A stretch of 64,000 nucleotides of DNA from Gammaproteobacteria bacterium (GTDB lineage Bacteria; Pseudomonadota; Gammaproteobacteria; S012-40), in the NCBI GenBank assembly GCA_015487785.1, contig WFPC01000041.1, positions 31,592 to 95,591 of the forward strand, given 5' to 3'. The position numbers and the translations under genes were made by a program. Below the pieces are notes generated by a model, which saw nothing but the letters and a program-made list of their open reading frames with translations, was not told the DNA's origin and ran no database searches. The stretch's first letter is position 1; the number at the start of each line of letters is the position of its first letter. Below are positions 35,757-43,492 of the stretch, piece by piece.

Positions 35757-37296
35757 GCAGCTCCACCAGTGAATGGCCGGTCATCTCCGGCGGTTTGTCC
35801 AAGCCCATCAGGTAGAGCATGGTGGGGGTGACGTCGGACAGCGCGCCGCTTTCGGCCAGCCTGGCCTTGCGGCCCACATAGACGAAGGGTACCAGGTTGG
35901 TGGTATGGGCGGTGTGTGCCTGGCCGGTGGCCTCGTTGCGCATCATCTCGGCATTGCCGTGGTCGGCGGTGATGAGGGCCTCGCCACCGACTTCACGCAG
36001 GGCCTCGACCACCTGGCCGATGCAGCGATCCAGCACTTCGATGGCCTTGACCGTGGCGTCGAAGTTGCCGGTATGGCCCACCATGTCGGGATTGGCGTAA
36101 TTGCAGATGATCACGTCGTAGCGACCGCTGCGGATGGCCTGGACCAGTTGCTCGGTGAGCTTGGGCGCGTTCATCTCCGGCTGCAGGTCGTAGGTGGCCA
36201 CCTTGGGTGAGGGCACCAGGATGCGATCCTCACCGGGAAAAGGCTCTTCCACCCCGCCATTGAGGAAGAAGGTGACGTGGGCGTATTTCTCGGTTTCGGC
36301 GATGCGCAACTGCCGCAGACCGAGCTTGGCGATGTATTCGCCGAACACATTGTGCAACTCGATGGGCGGAAAGGCCACTTCCGCATCGAAATCGGCGTGA
36401 TACTGGGTGAGGGTGACGAAGTGCGACAGAGCGGGCCTGGGGCCACGCTCGAATTCGGCGAAGTCGTCTTCCACGAAGGCGCGGGTGAGCTGGCGGGCGC
36501 GGTCGGAACGGAAGTTCATGAAGATCACCGCATCGCCCTCGGCAAGGCGCACGGGGGCCTCGCCGTCGGGACAAACGGTAGTGGCCTGGATGAATTCGTC
36601 GCTTTCGCCGCGCGCATAGGCGGCTTCCACCGCGGCCTGGGCCGAGGGAGCGGTGAATGGCGCCTTGCCTTCGGCGATCAGGCGATAGGCCTGTTCCACC
36701 CGTTCCCAGCGGTTGTCGCGATCCATGGCGAAATAGCGGCCGATCACCGAGGCGAAGCGTCCCCGGCCCTGCTCCCGGAACACATCTTCGGCGCGCCGGA
36801 TGAAGTCTTCCGCGCTTCTGGGCGGCGCATCACGGCCGTCGAGGAAGGCATGCAGGTAGATCTTGTCCACGCCGCGCTGGGCGGCCATGGCCAGCATGGC
36901 CCGGATCTGCTGCTCATGGCTGTGCACGCCGCCATCGGACAACAGGCCGATGACATGCAGGGCCTTGCCCTTGGCGATGACATCGTCCAGGGCGGCGAGC
37001 AGCACGGGGTTGCGCCGGAATTCGCCGGACTCGATGGCATTGGCGATGCGAGAGGTCTCCTGGAACACCACCCGTCCCGCGCCAAGGTTGAGGTGACCCA
37101 CCTCGGAATTGCCCATTTGCTGGCTGGGCAGGCCGACGGCGGCCTCGGAGGCGGCGATCAGGGTGTGGGGGCAGTCGTGCCACAGTTTGTCCCATACCGG
37201 CGTGTGAGCATGGGCGATGGCATTGTCCCGGGGATCTTCCCGGTATCCCCAGCCATCGAGTACGAGGAGGGTGATGGGTCGTTTTTCGAGTGCCAT
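35749..37296 (-). CDS. gpmI: 2,3-bisphosphoglycerate-independent phosphoglycerate mutase
   Basis: The 515-aa product starts [20 protein letters not shown] and includes the metal-binding motif ADHGN. Confidence 0.95.
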   Translation of the reverse strand: MALEKRPITLLVLDGWGYREDPRDNAIAHAHTPVWDKLWHDCPHTLIAASEAAVGLPSQQMGNSEVGHLNLGAGRVVFQETSRIANAIESGEFRRNPVLLAALDDVIAKGKALHVIGLLSDGGVHSHEQQIRAMLAMAAQRGVDKIYLHAFLDGRDAPPRSAEDFIRRAEDVFREQGRGRFASVIGRYFAMDRDNRWERVEQAYRLIAEGKAPFTAPSAQAAVEAAYARGESDEFIQATTVCPDGEAPVRLAEGDAVIFMNFRSDRARQLTRAFVEDDFAEFERGPRPALSHFVTLTQYHADFDAEVAFPPIELHNVFGEYIAKLGLRQLRIAETEKYAHVTFFLNGGVEEPFPGEDRILVPSPKVATYDLQPEMNAPKLTEQLVQAIRSGRYDVIICNYANPDMVGHTGNFDATVKAIEVLDRCIGQVVEALREVGGEALITADHGNAEMMRNEATGQAHTAHTTNLVPFVYVGRKARLAESGALSDVTPTMLYLMGLDKPPEMTGHSLVELLD

Positions 37297-37331
37297 GGAT
37301 TCGTGATTTCAGCCTTGAAACAGTATGTTAA

Positions 37332-37351
37332 GGGGGGTTCATGAACCCCCC
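37332..37351. promoter_or_regulatory. Perfect 20-bp G/C palindrome ggggggttcatgaacccccc in the gpmI 5' leader
   Basis: Read directly from the sequence. It lies ~35 nt upstream of the gpmI ATG, in the gpmI/arsR divergent region. Confidence 0.5.
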
Positions 37352-37425
37352 CCGCGATTCGGGCGCAAAGTATAAAAAAACTCGCGCAAATAATCACAAA
37401 AAAGTGAGGAGAAAAGTGTATTACT

Positions 37426-37447
37426 GTATAATGGTATGATTATACAC
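37426..37447. promoter_or_regulatory. 8-6-8 inverted repeat tgtataat-ggtatg-attataca overlapping a TATAAT -10 box upstream of the ArsR-family gene (candidate autoregulatory operator)
   Basis: A perfect 8-bp inverted repeat lies in the AT-rich stretch ~60 nt upstream of the arsR-like start. Confidence 0.45.
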
Positions 37448-37502
37448 TTGCCACGGGCCGGTGGTCTGCCGGCTCACCAAGCGGAATCAGGAAGGTGTGG
37501 CT

Positions 37503-37823
37503 ATGAGTAGTGAACAAATGGGTTTGCCCATCAAGGATGAAGATATCGAGCGCGCGGCCATGTCCATCAAGGCCATGGCCCATCCGCTGCGCCTGCGGAT
37601 CTTGTGCACCCTGGGAGATCGCGAGGTCAGCGTGCAGGAGATCGTCGAGCTGGTCGGCACTTCGCAGAGCAATATTTCCCAACATCTGGCCATTTTGCGC
37701 GACAAGGGCATCCTGGCCTCGCGCAAGGATGCCAACCGGGTGTACTACCGGGTCAGCGACGCGCGCACCCTGCGCCTCATCAGCATGATGAAAGACGTAT
37801 TTTGTCCTGCCTTCGGGAGCTGA
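37503..37823 (+). CDS. ArsR/SmtB-family transcriptional regulator
   Basis: The product has a winged helix-turn-helix (LRLRILCTLGDREVSVQEIVELVGTSQSNISQHLAILRDKGIL). Start is taken at MSSEQ. Confidence 0.8.
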   Translation: MSSEQMGLPIKDEDIERAAMSIKAMAHPLRLRILCTLGDREVSVQEIVELVGTSQSNISQHLAILRDKGILASRKDANRVYYRVSDARTLRLISMMKDVFCPAFGS

Positions 37824-37906
37824 GAGCCCGGCATCGTTTTTTCCCGGGGAATCGGCTACAATGCGCGGCCGTGGTTCTCGTGTGCACTTGATTTAGATAA
37901 AACGGC

Positions 37907-38347
37907 ATGACTTCATTTACCGAGTTTGTGATAGAGCAATGGCCGCTATTCGCCGCCCTGGTGTTGATTCTTGGCCTGTTGCTGCGTACCTGGATTGCGC
38001 CCCGTCTCAGTGGTATCCAGGAAGTGGGCACCCAGGAGGCCATCCGTTTGCTCAATCACGACGACACCGTGGTGGTGGATGTGCGGCTGGACAAGGAATT
38101 CAAGACCGGTCACATTCTCGATGCCATCAATATTCCGCTCGGCGCGCTCGACTCACGGGTGCGGGAGCTGGACAAGGCCAAGTCGCACAATGTCATCGTC
38201 GTCTGCCAGACGGGCAATCGTTCCCTGCAGGGCGCGCGCATCCTGCGCAAGCACGGTTTCGAACACGTCTACAACCTCAAGGGTGGCATGAACGCCTGGA
38301 TCAATGCCGGGCTGCCGGTGAGCACCAAGAGCCGCAAACGCAAGTAA
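37907..38347 (+). CDS. Membrane-anchored rhodanese-domain protein (YibN-like)
   Basis: The product has an N-terminal TM segment and a rhodanese domain with the active-site Cys loop VVCQTGNRS. Confidence 0.8.
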   Translation: MTSFTEFVIEQWPLFAALVLILGLLLRTWIAPRLSGIQEVGTQEAIRLLNHDDTVVVDVRLDKEFKTGHILDAINIPLGALDSRVRELDKAKSHNVIVVCQTGNRSLQGARILRKHGFEHVYNLKGGMNAWINAGLPVSTKSRKRK

Positions 38348-38352
38348 TACCG

Positions 38353-38616
38353 ATGTCGGTCGTAATAATGTACAGTAGCGGCGGATGCCCCTATTGCATT
38401 CGGGCACGGATGCTGCTGGAGCGCAAGGGCGTGGCGTTCGAGGATATTCGCATCGATCTGCAACCCGCCCTGCGCAGTGAAATGGAACTCAGGAGCGGCC
38501 GCACCTCGGTGCCCCAGATTTTCATCAATGGGCGTCATGTGGGCGGCTACGACGATCTCTATCTGCTGGAACTGTCCGGGGAGCTGGACAAGTGGCTGGC
38601 GCAAGAGGACACCTGA
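38353..38616 (+). CDS. grxC: Glutaredoxin 3
   Basis: The product contains [23 protein letters not shown]...[19 protein letters not shown] with a CPYC active site. Confidence 0.9.
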   Translation: MSVVIMYSSGGCPYCIRARMLLERKGVAFEDIRIDLQPALRSEMELRSGRTSVPQIFINGRHVGGYDDLYLLELSGELDKWLAQEDT

Positions 38617-38651
38617 GCCACGGGATCAACCACATTCTCAAGGATACACGC

Positions 38652-39122
38652 ATGGCCGAACAACAAAGCGACACCCGCGAATTTGCGATTCAGAAAATCT
38701 ACTGCAAGGATATTTCCTTCGAGGCACCCAATACGCCACAGATCTTCCGTGAGCAATGGCAGCCGGAAGTCAACCTGCAACTGGGCAATGCCGCCCAGTC
38801 GTTGGGAGAGGGGGTGCACGAAATCGTGTTGACGGTGACGGTGACCGTCAAGCTGGCGGACAAGACCGCGTTGCTGGTGGAAGTGCAACAGGCTGGCATT
38901 TTCAACATCAAGGGTTACAACGAGCAGGAAATGGGGGTGATGGTGGGCAGTTTCTGTCCCAATATCCTGTTTCCCTATGCCCGTGAAGCCATTTCCGACC
39001 TGGCCACCCGCGGCGGTTTCCCGCAACTGCTGCTGGCGCCGGTCAATTTCGACGCGCTATATCAGCAGCATCTGCAACAACAGCAACAACAGGCCAAGAC
39101 CAGCGAAGATACCACCCACTGA
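38652..39122 (+). CDS. secB: Protein-export chaperone SecB
   Basis: The product reads [29 protein letters not shown]..., the SecB fold. Its C-terminal tail is Gln-rich. Confidence 0.9.
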   Translation: MAEQQSDTREFAIQKIYCKDISFEAPNTPQIFREQWQPEVNLQLGNAAQSLGEGVHEIVLTVTVTVKLADKTALLVEVQQAGIFNIKGYNEQEMGVMVGSFCPNILFPYAREAISDLATRGGFPQLLLAPVNFDALYQQHLQQQQQQAKTSEDTTH

Positions 39123-39125
39123 TCC

Positions 39126-40142
39126 TTGAGCGTGAGTGAGCCACGGGTCATTGCCGTGCTGGGGGCGGGTTCCTGGGGCACCGCCCTGGCCATCCTGCTG
39201 GCGCGCAAGGGCTTGGATGTGCGTCTATGGGGTCGCAATCCCCGGCACATGGCGGAGATGGCGCGCGAGCGTTGCAACAGCCGCTACCTGCCCGGCATCG
39301 ATTTCCCCCCGGGCCTGCGTCCCCTGGCCGATCTGGCCACGGCGATACGGGGGGCCGGCGAACTGCTGTTGGTGGTGCCCTCGGAAGCCTTCCGGGATTT
39401 GTTGCGCCGGATCGAGCCCCTGATCGGTGACGGTGTGCGGGTAATGTGGGCCAGCAAGGGGGTAGAGCCCGGCAGTGGCAAGTTGCTCCATCAATTGGTG
39501 GCCGAGGAACTGGGGGTCACGCGGCCCATGGCGGTGTTGTCCGGTCCCACCTTCGCCCGCGAAGTGGCCGTCGGCCTGCCCACCGCTCTCACCGTGGCCG
39601 CCAACGACGCCGCCTATGCCGAGACCGTGGCCCGCTTGCTGCACAGCGAGACCTTCCGTGCCTATACCAGTGACGACATGACCGGCGTGGAGCTAGGCGG
39701 CGCGGTGAAAAACGTGCTGGCCATTGCCACCGGCATCGCCGATGGCATGGGCCTGGGAGCCAATACCCGGGCCGCCCTCATCACGCGGGGCCTGGCGGAA
39801 ATCCAGCGCCTGGGCCTGAGGCTGGGCGGGCATCCGGAAACCTTCATGGGCTTGGCCTGTCTGGGGGATCTGGTGCTCACCTGTACCGACGACCAGTCAC
39901 GCAATCGCCGGGTGGGCATGGGCCTGGCGCGGGGCCAGAGCCTGGAACAGGTGCTGGCCGAGCTGGGCCAGGTGGCGGAGGGCGTGGGCAATGCCAGGGA
40001 AATCCGGCAGCTGGCCCAGCGCCACACGGTGGAGATGCCCATCGTGGAGCAGGTCTACCAGGTACTCTACCAGGGCAAGGCGCCCAAGCAGGCGGCCATG
40101 GACCTGCTGTCGCGCGACCTCAAACCAGAATATTCCTTCTGA
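39126..40142 (+). CDS. gpsA: NAD(P)H-dependent glycerol-3-phosphate dehydrogenase
   Basis: The 338-aa product has a Rossmann motif (VLGAGSWGTALA). Confidence 0.95.
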   Translation: MSVSEPRVIAVLGAGSWGTALAILLARKGLDVRLWGRNPRHMAEMARERCNSRYLPGIDFPPGLRPLADLATAIRGAGELLLVVPSEAFRDLLRRIEPLIGDGVRVMWASKGVEPGSGKLLHQLVAEELGVTRPMAVLSGPTFAREVAVGLPTALTVAANDAAYAETVARLLHSETFRAYTSDDMTGVELGGAVKNVLAIATGIADGMGLGANTRAALITRGLAEIQRLGLRLGGHPETFMGLACLGDLVLTCTDDQSRNRRVGMGLARGQSLEQVLAELGQVAEGVGNAREIRQLAQRHTVEMPIVEQVYQVLYQGKAPKQAAMDLLSRDLKPEYSF

Positions 40143-40149
40143 GGCACGT

Positions 40150-40617
40150 TTATACCCCGCCGCGGAAGCCCAGTTGCCGCCAGGCTTCGTAGGCCACCAC
40201 CGATACCGCGTTTGCCAGGTTGAGACTGCGGCTGTGGGGGCGCATGGGAATCCGGATGCGTTGGCGTTGCGGCAGCATCTCCAGTACCGCTTGTGGCAGG
40301 CCCCGGCTTTCAGGCCCGAACAGTAGTGCATCGCCGGGCCGATACTCTACCTGGTCGTGCCGGCGGCCGGCCTTGGTGGTACAGGCAAAAAGCCGCCCGG
40401 TTTCCAGCAAAGGCAGGCAATCCTCCAGCCGGGCATGCCGCTGTACCTCGATCCAGTCGCGATAGTCCAGCCCGGCCCGGCGCAGGCGTTTCTCTTCCAG
40501 CCGGAAACCCAGGGGCTCGATTAAATGCAGGCTGGCGCCCATGTTGGCGCACAGACGCATGATATTGCCGGTGTTGGGTGGGATTTCCGGTTGATACAGA
40601 ATGATGTGCAACATGTG
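40150..40617 (-). CDS. trmL: tRNA (cytidine/uridine-2'-O)-methyltransferase TrmL (SpoU family)
   Basis: The product contains MLHIILYQPEIPPNTGNIMRLCANMGASLHLIEPLGF... with a SPOUT knot. The longer track ORF carries a junk N-terminal extension. Confidence 0.85.
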   Translation of the reverse strand, partial: HMLHIILYQPEIPPNTGNIMRLCANMGASLHLIEPLGFRLEEKRLRRAGLDYRDWIEVQRHARLEDCLPLLETGRLFACTTKAGRRHDQVEYRPGDALLFGPESRGLPQAVLEMLPQRQRIRIPMRPHSRSLNLANAVSVVAYEAWRQLGFRGGV

Positions 40618-40711
40618 TGGTATCCGAGTTCCACCATGACAGAGTTTGCCGTCTCGCTCAAGTCCACCGCATGGACTATGCTGATGACAAGGCATCATAC
40701 AGGCGTGGGGA

Positions 40712-41434
40712 ATGAAATACCTTATCTGGGTCTTTACGGCGCTCGTCTTGTGTGCGATGCCGGCCGCTGCCGAGAAACTTGAACTGGGGCTGTCGGCGCG
40801 GGACTTCGTGGCCGGGGAGGTTCCTCGGGCCTGGCATTTGCGGCGCTGGTCGCCCAGTACCTTTGGTGCACGGGCTTACTGGGTACAAGACGACGGCGTG
40901 GCGGCGGTGCGCTTGGTGTCCCGCGGTAACCTGGTGTTCCTGGAAAAGGCGGTGGACATCGACATTCGCCGCTTGCCGTGGGTGAGCTGGCGCTGGAAGG
41001 TGGAAAACATCCTCGAAGGCGTCGACGAGACCCGCGAAGACGGTGACGATCATCCCCTGCGTATTTTTTTCGCCTTCGCACCCGATGAAAAACGCCAGAC
41101 GCCCTGGCTGCGTCTCAAGCGCTGGCTCTATCTCGATCGCAAGCATGGCCATCCCTTCGGTGGTCGCTACACGGAATATCTGTGGAGCAGTCAGTTCCCC
41201 GCTGGCAGCATCATCGCCGATCCCGGCATGCCCATGCAGAAACTGATGGTGATCGAAGGTGGTGCACAAAGGCTGGGGCAGTGGTTGGGTTACCGGCGCA
41301 ATCTCTACCAGGACTTCAAGCATCTCTACGGCGAAGAACCCCGGCGTCTGATTTACCTCGGCATACTCAACGATACCGACCAGACCGGGCAGGCGGCGGT
41401 GAGCTATATTGCCGATCTCGTCTTCAGTGACTGA
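40712..41434 (+). CDS. DUF3047-family secreted protein
   Basis: The product has a signal peptide and conserved motifs (RLPWVSWRWKVENIL and DHPLRIFFAF) recalled for DUF3047. Confidence 0.55.
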   Translation: MKYLIWVFTALVLCAMPAAAEKLELGLSARDFVAGEVPRAWHLRRWSPSTFGARAYWVQDDGVAAVRLVSRGNLVFLEKAVDIDIRRLPWVSWRWKVENILEGVDETREDGDDHPLRIFFAFAPDEKRQTPWLRLKRWLYLDRKHGHPFGGRYTEYLWSSQFPAGSIIADPGMPMQKLMVIEGGAQRLGQWLGYRRNLYQDFKHLYGEEPRRLIYLGILNDTDQTGQAAVSYIADLVFSD

Positions 41435-41464
41435 AAGCCGGCGCTGGCGATCGGCTTGGCAAGG

Positions 41465-42016
41465 CTATTCGTCCTGCAGCTCGCTGTCGCGGGGTGGCAG
41501 CAAAACCATCCTGGGCACGCGGGCCTTGCAGTTGGTGTAGACCTGTTCGATCTGCACTTGCACATAGCGCTGGGCCAGGGGCCAGGTTTCGGCATGTGCC
41601 GTGGGGTCGGCGATGATCTCGGCGTGGCCGTTCACGCGCAACCGGCGGCGGGAGTCGAAATCGATGAACAACATCCCGATATAGGGGTTGCGCATGATGT
41701 TGCCCAATGAGCTGAACAACCCGTTGCCACGGTAATCCGGGAAAACGAGGTGTTTGGCATCGGTGATCCGAAGCAGGGGCAGGGCTTGTCCGGAGGCATT
41801 GTATTCACGTCCACGGTAAGCGCAGTCACAGCAACCCCGGGCATCGGCGGTGGCGATGAAGAAGAAGGGCAGGTTTTCGATGAAACGGGCGAGGCCGGCG
41901 GAAAGCCTGTCTTGGAAAAAGGCTTCGAGGCGGGCCGGATCCCAAAAGCCCGCGCTTCCGAAACGCGCCTGGGCCGCCTTTTCCCCGGGATGCAGCCAGT
42001 CCTTGCCCGTCGTCAT
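41465..42016 (-). CDS. Pyridoxamine 5'-phosphate oxidase-like FMN-binding family protein
   Basis: The 183-aa product has a split-barrel motif ...PFFFIATADARG...RGNGLFSSLGNIMRNPYIGMLFIDF. Confidence 0.6.
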   Translation of the reverse strand: MTTGKDWLHPGEKAAQARFGSAGFWDPARLEAFFQDRLSAGLARFIENLPFFFIATADARGCCDCAYRGREYNASGQALPLLRITDAKHLVFPDYRGNGLFSSLGNIMRNPYIGMLFIDFDSRRRLRVNGHAEIIADPTAHAETWPLAQRYVQVQIEQVYTNCKARVPRMVLLPPRDSELQDE

Positions 42017-42471
42017 GAGCTGTGCCCTCGATAGCGTGCCAGCATGCCGGGATCATCCAGGGAACCGTGGTGGTGAAGTTGGCGCCAGCGATTCGCTTCG
42101 CGACGGAACAGGCGGGTGGTGCGGATGGCCAGTTTCAGCTCGTCCCCGTCCTGACGTTTGTAACCACGCTCACGGCCCACGGCGACAAAGAGTTCATGGG
42201 TGCGCTGAATCCGGTAGTCATGATATTCCACATAAACCTGGAACGGGCCCTCGAACAGGCGCTTGTAGACCGAGCAGATCTGGGGCCAGCCGAATTTGAT
42301 ATCCCCCAGGGGATTGGCCATGGAGGCCTGGGGAGAGGCGGACCAGTTGTATTCCATCAGTTGGAGGTCGGCCGAGTTGAAGGCGCGGTAGAACTCGCTC
42401 AGGGCATACAGGGGGTCATCGTGGTCCTCGATGTTTTCCGTGCCGGAAATGATCATTTGTTCGCTCCTCAT
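42013..42471 (-). CDS. SnoaL/NTF2-like small protein
   Basis: The ~150-aa NTF2-like protein has a stop overlapping the PNPOx start (ATGA). Family assignment is weak. Confidence 0.45.
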   Translation of the reverse strand: MRSEQMIISGTENIEDHDDPLYALSEFYRAFNSADLQLMEYNWSASPQASMANPLGDIKFGWPQICSVYKRLFEGPFQVYVEYHDYRIQRTHELFVAVGRERGYKRQDGDELKLAIRTTRLFRREANRWRQLHHHGSLDDPGMLARYRGHSS

Positions 42472-42522
42472 GTAATTGTACATACAACTATTTGACCAAG
42501 AAAACACCTTTTGTTATCCCGG

Positions 42523-42950
42523 TCAGCCCTGTGCCAGCTCGCTTTCGATCTGTTTCAGTTGTTCCACCAGTTGTTTCACGTTTTTGGCGCCAAGCTTCTT
42601 GCTCATGCGTCGGGCCAGGCTGCTGGCGGTCTTCTCCAGATCCTCGTGCAGACGTTCGGCCTTTTTGGTGGGTTTGATGTGGTATTCCCGGCCGTCGCCC
42701 CGAGCCAGTCGCTTGCGCACTACCAGGCGTTTTTCTTCCAGTGCGTTGATGAAGCGGGTGATGGTGGATTTTTCCAGCTTCATTTCCTCGGCGATGGCTT
42801 TCTGGGTGATACCGGGATTGGCCAGCACCACCCGCAGTAGATAGGCATGGGAGGGCGACAGGCCCAGTTCGGCAAAGGCCTGGTCCCAGATACGGTTGAC
42901 CTGACGGCTCAGGGCATTGAGATTGAAATAAAGGCAACGATCGAACATGG
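42523..42950 (-). CDS. MarR-family transcriptional regulator
   Basis: The product has a winged helix-turn-helix (LRVVLANPGITQKAIAEEMKLEKSTITRFINALEEKRLVVRKRLARGDGREYHIKPT). Start is taken at MFDRC. Confidence 0.8.
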
Positions 42951-42968
42951 CTATTACTCTAACATCGG

Positions 42969-42988
42969 CAAGTTGTTGCCGCAACTTG
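42969..42988. promoter_or_regulatory. 7-6-7 inverted repeat caagttg-ttgccg-caacttg immediately upstream of marR (candidate MarR box)
   Basis: Read from the sequence ~20 nt upstream of the marR ATG. Confidence 0.35.
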
Positions 42989-43138
42989 TTTTGGCTTGAC
43001 GCCTCCTGGTCCCAGAGTTTAGGCCACGGTGCGGACCGGGGCAAGGGGGTGTTGCGCAGGAACCCAAAACCGTGACCTGGGCCACCAAATCGCCTTCGAA
43101 GGACGGATTATGGCACCATTTCTGTTAGAATAGATACG

Positions 43139-43421
43139 ATTAACCCGGCAACAATATAGATTGCGTTCAGGGCTACAAGCGTCCTCCAGATCAAGGCGTC
43201 ACTCGCCGGCCATGGTGGCGCCATGGGCAACAGTGACAATGCCGGGATGGAGGACGCTTGTAGCCCCTAACCCATTGTTACCGATATGACAGGCCGTCGT
43301 GTACCGCTGTACGGACTGCGTTGTCGAAGCTTGCTGTAGGCCCGCTACAGCGGCGCTTCGATGCCTTGCCGTACAGCGGTACACGGCGGCTGAACACGAC
43401 CTATATTGTTGCCGGGTTAAT
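43139..43421. repeat. 283-bp non-coding element: 21-bp perfect terminal inverted repeats enclosing three further long perfect or near-perfect inverted repeats (nested hairpins)
   Basis: The terminal inverted repeat is attaacccggcaacaatatag (43139-43159) paired with ctatattgttgccgggttaat (43401-43421). Inverted repeat 2 is gggctacaagcgtcctcca (43170-43188) paired with tggaggacgcttgtagccc (43248-43266). Inverted repeat 3 is ggccgtcgtgtaccgctgtacgg (43292-43314) paired with ccgtacagcggtacacggcggc (43369-43390), with one mismatch. An inner hairpin has tcgaagc/gcttcga around gctgtag-gcccg-ctacagc (43324-43361). Confidence 0.7.
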
Positions 43422-43492
43422 ATTTGCCGGCTGCGGGGATACGGCTCGGCATTGGGATGTGTGGTGGCTCGAGGGACGGCGGCGGATTGTTC

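Noticed and set aside
43139-43421. Retron msr/msd interpretation of the nested inverted repeats
   Set aside because: No reverse-transcriptase gene follows. The downstream gene is mrcA.
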